64,000 nucleotides of DNA from Chrysemys picta bellii (GCF_011386835.1 NC_088792.1:20150001-20214000); one strand, 5' to 3'. Shown: positions 12,443 through 24,007, counted from the first letter of the stretch. Notes: generated by a model from the sequence alone, not told the origin. Made by a program: numbers and translations.

Positions 12443-13228
12443 GTAAGTTTGTTAAGGGAAAACAACTTTGAAAAATCAGTGCAGAAAAAATTTACATAAA
12501 AACATTAACTCAAAGAAGTATAATGCTTGCTTTTCTTAGGCGAATATTACGGATATCTACAGGGTTTACAATATTTTGGACTAACGAGCTATTTGCTACT
12601 TCTAGAAACCACTGACAGATAGAATTTATACTTTTGCTTAAAATGTTGCTATTGTTCAATCTACTTTGTGTGTTCAGAATAATCTTTTCTAGAATATACT
12701 TCAAACAAGCCAAAAAAGTTTAAGCGCCCCCCCCCCCAATCAATTACATCATATTTATGTAGTACCTTCTTTATCCATCTTTGATACATTATTGCAATCC
12801 AAAAATGTTTAGTTTCAGTAATCAGGATAAAATTTGTCATTTTAAAATTAATTATTCAGACCATTCCCCAACTCATCTACCCCATAGGGTTCTCTGCTTC
12901 AGGGGAATCTGAAGTAATCTGTCAAGTACTGGGAAAATAGCAAGTATGTTTTCCACAAATCCACCCAAGTCTGAAATTCAAGACAAAGCAGTCTGTGTCT
13001 AGATCGGTCCAACTGTGCAAAAAGGGAGGAGGATGAATATAACATAGAGGAGACTACACATGAGTGATTGGAAAAAAAGTCACCACATTCGTTCTACTTT
13101 AAATTGAACCTACGTCTCCAGAAACAACAGACTAACGTATTAACTTACCTTGTCTCCTAGTATATAAATACATTTAGTAAAACCTTTCCCAACAATCACA
13201 TTTCTTGGTTTTCATATAAAAAGGATAT
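12443..13228 (-). other. U12-type (minor spliceosome) AT-AC intron, last intron of PAXIP1, 786 nt
   Basis: 5' end ATATCCTTT; branch site TTCCCTTAAC at 12460-12451, about 10 nt upstream of terminal AC (12444-12443); splicing restores the frame to YKFT*. Confidence 0.93.
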
Positions 13229-13289
13229 GATTCATAATCCAGTGTTTGAGTAAGTACTCCAGTCAGAACAAACTCCGCATTATGGACAT
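13229..13289 (-). CDS. PAXIP1: PAXIP1 penultimate exon (D)[19 protein letters not shown](S)
   Basis: tttctAG|AT...GAATC|ATATCCTTTT (U12-type donor); 61 nt. Confidence 0.94.
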
Positions 13290-13759
13290 CTAGAAATATT
13301 TTAAAAATATACAAGATTAATATACTACAGAGAGCCTTCTTCACTCTACATCGCAAGGAGCATGGGGGATTAGCTGAGATATGTTCACTGACAGACCTAG
13401 AATTGAACACTGAAGAACTGGAAGACGGGCATTCTCTGTGGGATTGTTTTACTTTGACCCTATTTCCTCTATCAGTGTGACACAGCTCAAGTATACTGAC
13501 TTGGCCTATCTGCTTGACCACTTGCCTGAAATGGGCCCTGATCCTGCACAAAGTTCTGTTCGAGAAGAACCCTGTAAATCACTGAAGCACCATGAGAGTG
13601 CAGTTCAGTCACTGAAGCACTACAGGAGTGCAGGGGGAGAGGGGTCTCTCCACAGGATCAAAGCTTTGGTTAGGAAAGTGTTGTGGTTTTTTTGTCTGAA
13701 GTGTGATTACTGTTGGTTATTACACTGGGTCCATATTTGTGGCTACTGTATGTAGATGT

Positions 13760-14198
13760 GCAAGTATTGTCTGTGTGGATCCTGCTATTGGTGTTTGGGC
13801 ATCTCATGCATGCAGGTTCAGAAAGCTTGGCCAGCAGTGTCAACTGGGTCCGCACATGCACCTTGCATGTCCCAGTTCCCCAAACCTGAGGGCATAAAAG
13901 GGGGTGCAGCCCCAACTGCCACTCAGTTCTCTCTGACTGCCTATGGCAGCGAGTTGGAACTGTATACAGTCCTCCCTGCTACACGCAGCAGATTTAGAAC
14001 TTCTCTGCTTATCCCCTCTCTAGTGCAGGATTAGTATTAGTATTTGAAGTGTTCTTCTGTCCTGTTGACAAATTTATTTTCTTCAGATCTTTCAGGATTG
14101 GTACCAAGGCAATTCCCCTACCTCACAGTAAACACAGCCCCAAGTGTTTAAACCCTGCCCTTCAATGATGGCCTCATATCAGTCATAGGTGGGTCTAT
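13760..14198 (+). mobile_element. DIRS1-like 5' fragment (left ITR, T-rich spacer, start of gag) on the plus strand
   Basis: ITR core ...cagcagtgtc...gcacatgc...gagggcataaaag...ctcagttc resembles the other DIRS ITRs; followed by ttagtattagt and an FKPCP..DG-like gag start. Confidence 0.6.
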
Positions 14199-14778
14199 GA
14201 AATGGTTTCTCAGCCTGTGGTTCTTAGGGGGACACATCTCAATGGGTGCTCCACTCTCGGTGTACTTGCGCCCCTTGTGCCTTTGTTCAGAGATTTCACA
14301 TAGCAGTGTCTGTTTGGCCTGCACATATGCTACGTAGTTTCATGCTCCACACCAAACGCTGCATATAGCGCTGTGCAGAATTGCCCTCAGTTCCTTCTCT
14401 ACTGTGAAGCTCCATAGTACACAACTCCAAAGCAGAGGGGAAGGAGGGCGAATAGTGAAGCACCCATAGGGAAACACCTCTCAAAGAACCAGTTCCTGCA
14501 CTGAGTAACCATTTCTTCTCGTTTGAGTAGCTAGGGGGTCACAGTTGAGGTAAAAATCAATACGGATGACTGCTAAGGTTCTCTCTCAGACTGAGGTGGT
14601 TGAGAAGGAACTGAGGATGGTTCGCCCACAGAGCACCATATAACCACGGTGTGGAGCATGAGACTGGGTAACACACATGCACAGGCCAAATGGACACTTA
14701 TGTGAAATCTCCAATTAAAGGCGCAAAAGGAGCAAGCGCACCTAGAATGAAGCACCCATAGGGACACTACTTGAAGAA
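14199..14778 (-). mobile_element. ORF-less mini-DIRS (left ITR + ICR + right ITR + terminal extension), ~580 bp
   Basis: Ends gaaatggtt... and ...ctacttgaagaa. The ICR (14456-14530) is complementary to both termini. Two inverted ITR copies (about 14220-14420 and 14590-14778) are separated from the ICR by only ~70 bp. Confidence 0.8.
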
Positions 14779-15368
14779 AAATTGTGTGATTACTCTGGCT
14801 TGGAGACACTGACAACTTCAAAATCACATTTCCATCTGAAAATGCTGTACCTACTATTTACATTATAATGATTTTATGAGATATACAAAGATCAGAAAAT
14901 AAACCTAAAACAGAGAAAGATATGCAGTTTGTGCATTTGTTGCTAGTCAACTGCATTTCCTGTCTTATGAATTGGTATGATGACTAACATGCAGTCTTTT
15001 TGGTCCTGGAAGACTATTCTGCAGTAGCAGAGCTGAAACTGAAAAGCAGCAGAAAATTTGCACAACAAGATGGCAGGAAGGATAAGATAGGGGTCTGAAC
15101 TATTGGGTGACAGTAACAGGTCTGCTCAAACATCAGCAGGTAAGCAGAAAAGCCCTATATATTTCATTTTAAAACCAAGGACATACTATTAAAAAGGTGC
15201 TTCATCACGTGTTTTTGTTTGTTTGTTTGTTTGTAAGTAGACAGTACTCCTTTAACTGTATTTTAAATCTATGACTGTTCCCAGTAATGGGTGTATGTAC
15301 TTATACAATGAAAAATAAATACAGTAAGCAAATTATGAATTGGAATCCTATTAGCAGTTCACACGTAC

Positions 15369-15444
15369 CTATGCCTCTGGCAAAATATTCTCGACATAAG
15401 TGAAGATCATTTTCACAGGATATCAAGATTATCGCTGACAAACT
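15369..15444 (-). CDS. PAXIP1: PAXIP1 exon [25 protein letters not shown]
   Basis: aatttAG|AGT...G|GTACGT; 76 nt; preceded by a 92-nt intron. Confidence 0.95.
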
Positions 15445-15536
15445 CTAAATTAAAAAAACAACTAAATATGAGTTCAAATAAGAGAACAATATATTTTATA
15501 CATCATTTTTAGAAAGCCAAGTGATACTGCACTCAC

Positions 15537-15671
15537 TTTGTTTTGTTTGTGTTCCATAAGTTTTCGAAAAGAAGGTTGTTTGGATAATACTTTTCCTCCT
15601 GCACATTCCACAATTGCCTTCATGGTGGAAAGGCTAGGACAAATTCCAGGTGTAATGTAAAAGTATTTCCC
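15537..15671 (-). CDS. PAXIP1: PAXIP1 exon [49 protein letters not shown]6
   Basis: tttttAG|GGG...AAA|GTGAGT; 135 nt. Confidence 0.96.
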
Positions 15672-15832
15672 CTAAAAACAAAAATCTTTTTTTTAAAATA
15701 TATACATACACATATATAAATAAAATGTAAAAAAGGGGAAAGTGAAGAGTACAACTTTTGATCCTTTAGCATCTGATATGTGTATAGTGCTGACATCCAC
15801 TATAATGCAAGGGTCATTTTAAAAATTATGAA

Positions 15833-15906
15833 GCAGATCTTCTGCTGGTGTAAACTGTCATAGCTCCATTAAGAGCTATGATAACTTACACTAACTGAAG
15901 ATCTGC
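15833..15906. repeat. 74-bp hairpin element (small MITE-like palindrome)
   Basis: gcagatcttc.gctggtgtaa..tcatagctc / gagctatga..ttacac..ctgaagatctgc. Confidence 0.75.
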
Positions 15907-17257
15907 CCCTATTTACCTCAAATCTTTCTGTGACGCTTACAATAATGACCATAAAACCTTCAAATGATAAATATTTTCTTAATGAATATTAAACAGCAGT
16001 TAGGTAAGGATGCAAAAAGAAACACCCCTATTTCAACTGTGTGGTTGCCCAATGGCTAGCAAAAGGACTTCCACAAAGAAAAGGTGAGTCTTATTTTCCA
16101 ATTTATAACCACTAAATTTCTATTTCTATCTAGCTATCTAGTTTCACTGACAATTTCTTATTGTCCCGTTTATAACCACAAATTTCTATGGTCTGCCAAC
16201 AAAACTACAACTAGCTTTCTGCCTGCTTGAGACGGTTAATAAAGGTGATTATATAAAGTGTATTTTATCTGTTCCTACTTGCTTGCCATCTGAACTGGTA
16301 AAGAGATGCTATTTTAACTTCTTTGACCCTCCAGCCAACTTTACTTCCAGAAAAAAATTGAAATTTTACATTATTTTTGGCTTCCGAATTTCTGACTGAA
16401 CTATGCCAGGTGCAAAAGGTTTTATGCTCAATCCCTAAAGAGTTATTTTGACATGCCTAAGTAAATTGGTCTCTGTTAAAACAACACTTCCACTCCAAAT
16501 CTAAAATTGTTTCTTATAATGCACAATCCTGGGACAAAGTTCAGGAAAGTCATCTTTTAGATGAGGTATGTCTCATTATGTATTGCTCTCAGGACAAAGG
16601 TGAATGGTTTCCTTGTTTGCTGTGAAAACGTAGCACAGAAAGGCCAACTTTTTCTTTTTCTTTAAGTATAAGAATAAAACCAATAGTGATACAGATGTAG
16701 TGTATACCAATAGCAACACTATCTGACATGATTTTAGTAATTGTCAGGTTATTTCATTGTAAGTTTTACATGAAATATTTAGAAATCTACCTATACAAAT
16801 ATTCTTAGAAGAATCACATCATTCTGCTCTTAACAGGAGTCTGAAAGTAAAGTGATTATACAGATGAAACTAGCTTGCATATATGTTTTCTATTAAGAAG
16901 TCAAACTGCTTTAAAAGATTATGAAACTGCATTAAAACTTTGGTTCCAAGTGGAATTCTAATTCAATGCTAACAATAAAAATGTCACATGTATCAGCATT
17001 GTGCAGAAAACATATATGCAAGATTGTTTCCCCTATAAGTACATGTATAAATTTCAGCTAATAGCAATAACACACTCCAGGGAGTTCTTTCATTTGGTTT
17101 TAGACACCTACGTTTTTAGCCTTTTGTGTTACTCTGCCTTCTTGCCTATGCGCATGCCTACCAGGAAAGCTGTCTTTTTACTTAAGCACATGTTTGGGAA
17201 AAGCATTGATAATTATCAGAAAAATACATTTAAGATTGATCAAAGAAAGAGAAACTA

Positions 17258-18841
17258 GTTGAGCACCTTGAGGTTAATGGCAAGTGCGATAATTTACAAC
17301 ATGGTTTTACGAAGGGCAGATCGTGCCAAACGAATCTGATCTCCTTCTTCGAGAAAGTAACGGACTTATTAGATAAGGGAAATGCGGTGGACCTAATATA
17401 CCTGGATTTCAGTAAAGCGTTTGATACTGTAGCCCAGGAGGAATTATTGGTTAAGCTGGAAAAGATGGGGATCGATATGAAAATCCAGAGGTGGATAAGG
17501 AATTGGTTAATGGGCAGAATGCAGCGGGTCGTATTGAAGGGTGAACTGTCAGGTTGGAGGGAGGTTACCAGTGGAGTTCCTCAGGGTTCGGTTTTGGGAC
17601 CCATTTTATTTAATCTATTTATAACTGACCTCGGAACCGATTGCAGGAGTAGACTGATAAAGTTTGCGGATGATACGAAGGTGGGAGGCGTTGCCAATTC
17701 GGAGGAGGATAGGGATATTCTGCAGGGAGACTTGAATGAGCTTGTGAATTGGAGTATCAGAAATAGGATGAAATTTAATAGTGAAAAGTGTAAGGTGATG
17801 CATTTAGGGATGACTAACAACAATTTTAGTTACAAGATGGGGACGCATTGGTTAGAAGTAACGGAAGAGGAGAAGGACCTAGGGGTTCTTGTAGACCGAA
17901 GGATGACTATGAGTAGACAATGTGACGTGGCGGTGAAAAAAGCCAATGCGGTCTTGGGATGCATTAGGCGAGGTATATCTAGTAGGGATAAGGAGGTGCT
18001 GCTTCCGTTGTACAAGGCGCTGGTGAGACCTCATTTGGAGTACTGTGTGCAGTTCTGGTCTCCCATGTTTAAAAAAGATGAACTCAAATTGGAACGGGTG
18101 CAGAGAAGGGCCACTAGGATGATCAGAGGAATGGAAAACCTGTCGTATGAAAGGAGACTAGAGGAGCTCGGGGCTGTTTAGTCTGACAAAACGAAGGCTG
18201 AGGGGGGATATGATTGCTCTCTTTAAATATATCAGAGGGATAAATACCAGGGAGGGAGAGGAATTATTCCAGCTTAGTACTAATGTGGACACGAGAACGA
18301 ATGGATATAAACTGGCAGTGGGGAAGTTTAGGCTTGAAATTAGACGAAGGTTTCTGACCGTCAGAGGGGTGAAATATTGGAACGGCCTTCCGAGGGAAAC
18401 GGTGGGGGCGAGGGACCTGTCTGGTTTTAAGATTAAATTAGATAAGTTTATGGAGGGAATGGTTTAATGGTAAGACATAATTGGTGGGGAATACCGAGCA
18501 ATAGCAGGTAAATAGTACAATGACTAACAAGGGTCAGGCTGGAGACTCTTGCCCACATGCTCGGGGTCTTACTGATCGCCATATTTGGGGTTGGGAAGGA
18601 ATTTTCCTCCAGGGTAGATTGGCTGAGGCCCTGGAGGTTTTTCGCCTTCCTCCGCAGCATGGGGCAGGGATCGCTAGCAGGAGGGTTCTCTGCAAATTGA
18701 AGTCACCAAGACACAGGATTTGGGACTTCATCAGCAGAGTCAAGGGAAGGGTAGGGACGGTTTTGTGGCCTGCAGCATGCAGGGGGTCAGACCAGATGAT
18801 CATAATGGTCCCTTCTGACCTTAAAGTCTATGAGTCTATGA
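17258..18841 (+). mobile_element. Young 5'-truncated CR1 LINE, antisense in a PAXIP1 intron
   Basis: RT ORF 17387..18181 (YLDFSKAFD, GVPQGSVLGP, KFADDTK); a single +1 frameshift at GGGG 18170-73, then ORF 18210..18467; tail ctatgagtctatga. Confidence 0.95.
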
Positions 18842-18925
18842 AATGAGTGACCAAGCATGTTTTGTCTTTTATTGTAGCAATGAAAAACATATATGTATTT
18901 ACGCATGTTATTAAAAAGTGTGTAC

Positions 18926-19026
18926 CTTAAAAAGTGGAGCCACTTGTGCTCTCTTTAGAGACTCCTCTAAACTGAAGCAGAAAAGCACCTCAGCTTCTGC
19001 ATCTCGGAGCATGAAGTTCTGCTCAT
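18926..19026 (-). CDS. PAXIP1: PAXIP1 exon (D)[33 protein letters not shown]
   Basis: ttttccAG|AT...AAG|GTACAC; 101 nt. Confidence 0.95.
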
Positions 19027-20291
19027 CTGGAAAAGAAAATATACACGTTACAAATGTGACAAAGGAAGAAAAGATGTCAACATAACCCTTTGCCCAGATT
19101 CAAACCTTATTTCAAATTGTTATAAAAAACGAATGGTAAAAAATCTGGTAAAAACCTCACTTGTTTTGGTGTAACATGAGCATAATCTCATTGCTTTTAA
19201 TAAAAAACTGCCTTTTATTGAAGTCAAGCTACTAAACAATGTTGTCCATTTAAAAGTCACGACCCCTGTATAAAATGTGTTTTAATTATAATTTAATTTT
19301 ACTATTATTGAGGATCGACCAAAATTACTGACTGACAAAAATTCTTAATATATTTCTGTATTTTTGCTGTGTTTACTTTGTAGATTTCACAGCATTTTCT
19401 ATCCTATATGGGCCCCACAACTTCTGTATTGGAGAGCTTCAAGCCACATTAATGCATTTATCCCCATTTATGAAAAGGTTGTAGAGCAGTTTTTAAACTA
19501 AGGGCTGGGGGAAAGCTGACAGGGGTGGAGAAGCACATGGTTTGGACAGAGACATCCCTAGGGGAGGATCTATAAATGGAGATTCTCTATGTCCTAGTAA
19601 GGAGGAGAGGATGGAAGATGATAAAATATGCATAGGATATGATGAGAAACAGTTACATGAAAAAAAATCCCATTCAATTACATCATGTAATGGCAAACAG
19701 CTAAAAAGTGACAAGTTTTTATATTGCTATAAAATAGGCATCACAGAAACTTGGTGGAATGAGGATAATCAATGGGACACAGTAATACCAGTGTACAAAA
19801 TATATCAGAAGGACAAAACAGGTCGTGCTGGTGGGGAAGTGGCACTGTATGTGAAAGAAAGGGTAGAATGAAATGAAGTAAAAATCTTAAGTGAACCAAA
19901 CTGTACCACAGAATCTCTATGGATAGTAATTTCATGCTCGAATAATAAGAATATAGCAGTAGGGATATACTACCGACCACCTGACCAGGGTGGTGATAGT
20001 GATTGTCAAATGCTCAGGGAGATTAGAGAGACTATAAAAATAAATTCAACAACAACGGGGGATTTCAACTATCCCCATATTGACTGGGTACATATCACCT
20101 CAGGACAGGATGCAGAGATAAAGTTTCTAAGTGGAGCACAGGATATGATTAAATAGGTGAATATAGCTGGACCGCCTGATAATATGACCACAATGTAATT
20201 AAATTTAACATCCCTGTGGCAGGGAAAACATCACAGCAGCTCAACATGGTAGCATTTAATTTCAAAAAGGGGAACTACACAAAAATTGACA

Positions 20292-20511
20292 GGTTTCAGA
20301 GTAGCAGCCGTGTTAGTCTGTATCCGCAAAAAGAACACGAGTACTTGTGGCACCTTAGAGACTAACCAATTTACTTGAGCATAAGCTTTCGTGGGCTACA
20401 GCCCACTTCATCAGATGCATAGAATGGAACATATAGTAAGAAGATATATATACACACATAATACAGAGAACATGAAAAAGTGGAATTAGCCATACCAACT
20501 GTAAGAAGCTA
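20292..20511 (-). mobile_element. Penelope-like element (PLE) terminal-repeat fragment
   Basis: tttcagagtagcagccgtgttagtc...gtggcaccttagagactaac is recognised as the turtle PLE terminal repeat; it contains a minimal hammerhead motif. Confidence 0.85.
20379..20418 (-). ncRNA. Minimal type I hammerhead ribozyme motif
   Basis: GCAT-CTGATGA-A-GTGGGC-TGTA-GCCCAC-GAAA-GCTT-ATGC: intact core, 6-bp stem II, 4-bp stem I, palindromic AGCT stem III. Confidence 0.82.
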
Positions 20512-23448
20512 AGCTATAAAAGATGCAGCGAGAGGCAAAAAGGCATCCTTTAAAACGAGGAAATTAAATCTTAGTAAGGAAAATAGAAAGGAGCATAAAC
20601 TCTGGCAAGTGAAGTGTAAAAATGTAATTAGGAAGGCCAAAAAAAGAATTTCAAGAACAGCTAGCCAAAGATCAAAATGTAATAGCAAAAAAATCTGTAA
20701 GTACATCAGAAGCAGGAAGTCTGCTAAACAACCAGTGGGGCCACTGGATGATCGAAATGCTAAAGGAGCACTCAAGGACAATAAGGCCATTGCGGAGAAA
20801 CTAAATGAATTCTTTGCATCGGTCTTCATAGCTGAGGATGTGAGGGAGATTCCCAAACCTGAGCCATTCTTTTTAAGTGACAAATCTGAGGAATTGTCCC
20901 AGATTGAGGTATCACTAGAGGACCTTTTGGAACAAATTGATAAATCAAACAGTAATATGTCACTAGGACCATAAGGTATTCACCCAAGGGTTCTGAAGGA
21001 ACTCAAATGTGAAATTGCAGAACTGCTAACTGTGGTTTGTAACCTATCATTTAAATCAGCCTCTGTACCAAATGAATGGAGGATAGCTAATGTGATGCTA
21101 ATTTTTAAAAAGGGCTCCAGAGGTAATCCCGGCAATTACAGGCCCGTAAACATGACTTCAGTACCAGGCAAACTGGTTGAAACTATAATAAAAAACAGAA
21201 TTGTCAGACACATAGATGAACAACATTTGTTGGGGAAGAGTCAACGTGTTTTTTGTAAAGGGAAATCATGCCTCACCAATCTATTAGAATTCTTTGTGGG
21301 GGTCAACAAGCATGTGAACAAGGAGGATCCAGTGGATATAGTGTACTTAGATTTCCAGAAAGCCTTTGACAAGGTTCTTCACCAAAGGCTCTTAAGAAAA
21401 GTAAGCTGTCAGTGGATAAGAGGGAAGGTGTTCTCATGGGTTGGTAACTGGTTAAAAGATAGGAAACAAAAGGTAGGAATAAATGGTTAGTTTTCAGAAT
21501 GGAGAGAGGTAAATAGTGTCCCCCAGAGCTCTGTACTGGGACCAGTACTATTCAACATATTCATAAATGATCTGGAAAAACAGGTAAACAGTGAGATGGC
21601 AAAATTTGGAGATGATACAAAATTACTCAAGATAGTTAAGTCCAAAGCAGACTGTGAAGAGCTACAAAGGGATCTCACAAAACTGGGTGACTGGGCAACA
21701 AAATGACAGATGAAATTCAATGTTGATAAATACAAAGTAATGCACATTGGATACATAATCCCAACTCTACATATAAAATTATGGGGTCTAAATTAGCTGT
21801 TACCGGTCAAGAGAGAGATCTTGGTGTCATTGTGACTAGTTATCTGAAAACAGCCACTCAATGTGCAGTGGCACTCAAAAAAGCTAACAAAACGTTGGGA
21901 ATCAGTAAGAAAGGGATAGATAATAAGACAGAAAATGTCATATTGCCTCTATATAACTCCATGGTACGCCCACAGCTTGAATACTGCATGCAGATGTGGT
22001 CTCCCCATCTCAAAAAAGATATATTAGAATTGGAAAGGGTTCAGAAAAGGGCAACAAAAATGATTAGGGGTATGGAACAGCTTCCATATCAGGAGAGATT
22101 AATAAGATTGGGACTTTTCAGCTTGGAAAAGAGACGACTAAAGGTGGGATATGATAGAGGTCTATAAAATCATGATGGGTGTAGAGAAAGTAAATAAGGA
22201 AGTATTAGTTATGCCTTCTCATAACACAAGAACTAGGGTCTCCAAATGAAATTAATAGGCAACAGGTTTAAAACAAACAAAAGGAAGTATTTCTTCACAC
22301 AATGCACAGTCAAATTAGGTGTGCTTAACAGGAACTTTGTGGAACTCGGCCAGAGAATGTTGTGAAGGCCAAGACTATAACAGGATTCAAAAAGAACTAG
22401 ATAAATTCATGGAGGCTAGGTCCATCAATTGCTAACAGCCAGGATGGGCAAGGATGGTGTCCCTAACCTCTGTTTGCCAGAAGCTGGGAATGGGCGACAG
22501 GAGGATGGATCTCTTGATGGTTACCTGCTAGGATTATATATACATACGTACACACTCACACACACTTCCAGTCCTAAATGCACTTTTATCCACAAGTGCA
22601 TTGCACTCAAGCTTTCATCTTTACTTCAGAAAAATTCCTGTTAAGCATACCTAATTTGATTTAAAGAAAAGGGTGGATCAACATTAGTTATTTTTTCTTT
22701 GTCTACATTATAGTAATGCCTACCAACATAATGCATAAAATGTGCAGTTTTTTTTTTTAAACCATCTCCCCCTCCCCCCAGAAAACCCCAAACAAACCAA
22801 CCAACCAACCTAGACATCTAAAAAGCAGCAGAAGTGCAAGTGGATGAAGCACTAGTTAAAATTATAGTTGGTATGCAGAGAACAGAAATAAAGAAAAGGG
22901 AGGGAGGCTTATGAAGGCTTTAAGTAATATTAGTGCATACTATGCTATTTGATAATTCAGAACATTTAAAACAAAGGAATAATGTTATTAAAAGTTAAGA
23001 AAAAAGGAACTAGTTTTCTTTCCTTTGGGTGAAGTAATTGGTATTAAACCATGCGGAGAGCTGAAGGCAAAGGGCTTTAATTGAAAGAGAAAAAGTTAAT
23101 AGAAAACCAAGTGAATTTTGTTCCTATGATACCACTACACTGATAGCAGAACCCTTATTCAACCATGAAATATTTTTTAAAAATTAAACATTTTGTCGGT
23201 TCTAAAATACAAAACAGACTGCTAAGGTCTTAGCTGTCAACTATGTCTGAAGAGAATTATGTTTGAATTTTTACGTACAATTTATTCAGACAATAACTGA
23301 ATGCCTAATATCACATTCCAAAATAGTGGTCTAAACAAAATCAATCACAAAAAAATATGTTTTGTTCAAATATAATTACCACCCTTGCATACTTTTAAAA
23401 AAAATATTGTTCAGTTTATCTATATGAGTGACTCTAGTATTCACTTAC

Positions 23449-23617
23449 CAACAAATTTCTGGCATTTGAAACACTCTTCTAACCACTCCGGAGTTACTAT
23501 GTGCTTGACTACTGAAATTGCTGTCAGGAACTTTACAGTACGGGTCACTTTGCTGGCAACTAGATGTGTGCATTTCTGTGCAGATTCTGCTACTTCACCC
23601 CCAAGAATGTAGAGTTT
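23449..23617 (-). CDS. PAXIP1: PAXIP1 exon [60 protein letters not shown]5
   Basis: ctttcAG|AAA...G|GTAAGT; 169 nt. Confidence 0.96.
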
Positions 23618-23624
23618 CTGAAAG

Positions 23625-24007
23625 TTAGAATCATAGAATTATAGAAATGTAGTGCTAGAAGGGATCTTCAGAAGTCATCTAATCCAGTCCTCTCTATTGA
23701 GGCAGGACCAAATAAACCTAGATCATCTAGATAACCTAATCTGTTCTTAAAGACCTCCAATGATGGGGATTACACAACCACCCTTGGAAAACTATTCCAG
23801 TGCTTAATTATCCTTATAGTTGGAAAGCTTTTCCTACTATTTAACCTACATCTCCCTTGCTGCAGATTAAGCCCATTACTTCTTGTCCTATCTTCAGTGG
23901 AGATGCAGTACAATTGACCCCTTCATAACAGCTCTTAATATATTTGAAGACTATTAGGACTGCTCCCTCCCCTCCACCAACCAAGTCTTCTTTTCTCAAG
24001 ACTAAAC
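23625..24007 (-). mobile_element. CR1 3' fragment ending a few nt upstream of a PAXIP1 acceptor
   Basis: Plus-strand tagaatcatagaattatagaa...gaagggatcttcagaagtcatctaatccag is the reverse complement of the CR1 3' UTR/tail. Confidence 0.87.

Larger units (their letters stand above)
19497..22527 (+). mobile_element. Older CR1 LINE (endonuclease + RT, many lesions), interrupted by a Penelope fragment
   Basis: IGITETWW..GGEVALYVKE (APE endonuclease); YLDFQKAFDKV (ORF 21032..21490); LGLFSLEKRRL; CR1 3' UTR. Confidence 0.92.

Noticed and set aside
13174-13551. 125-aa ORF as an independent gene
   Set aside because: It is intron sequence read in frame through the PAXIP1 penultimate exon; only the read-through tail is of interest (reported as a finding).
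13579-13633. 30-bp period direct repeat (CRISPR-like?)
   Set aside because: Only two imperfect units in a eukaryotic intron; a simple local duplication.
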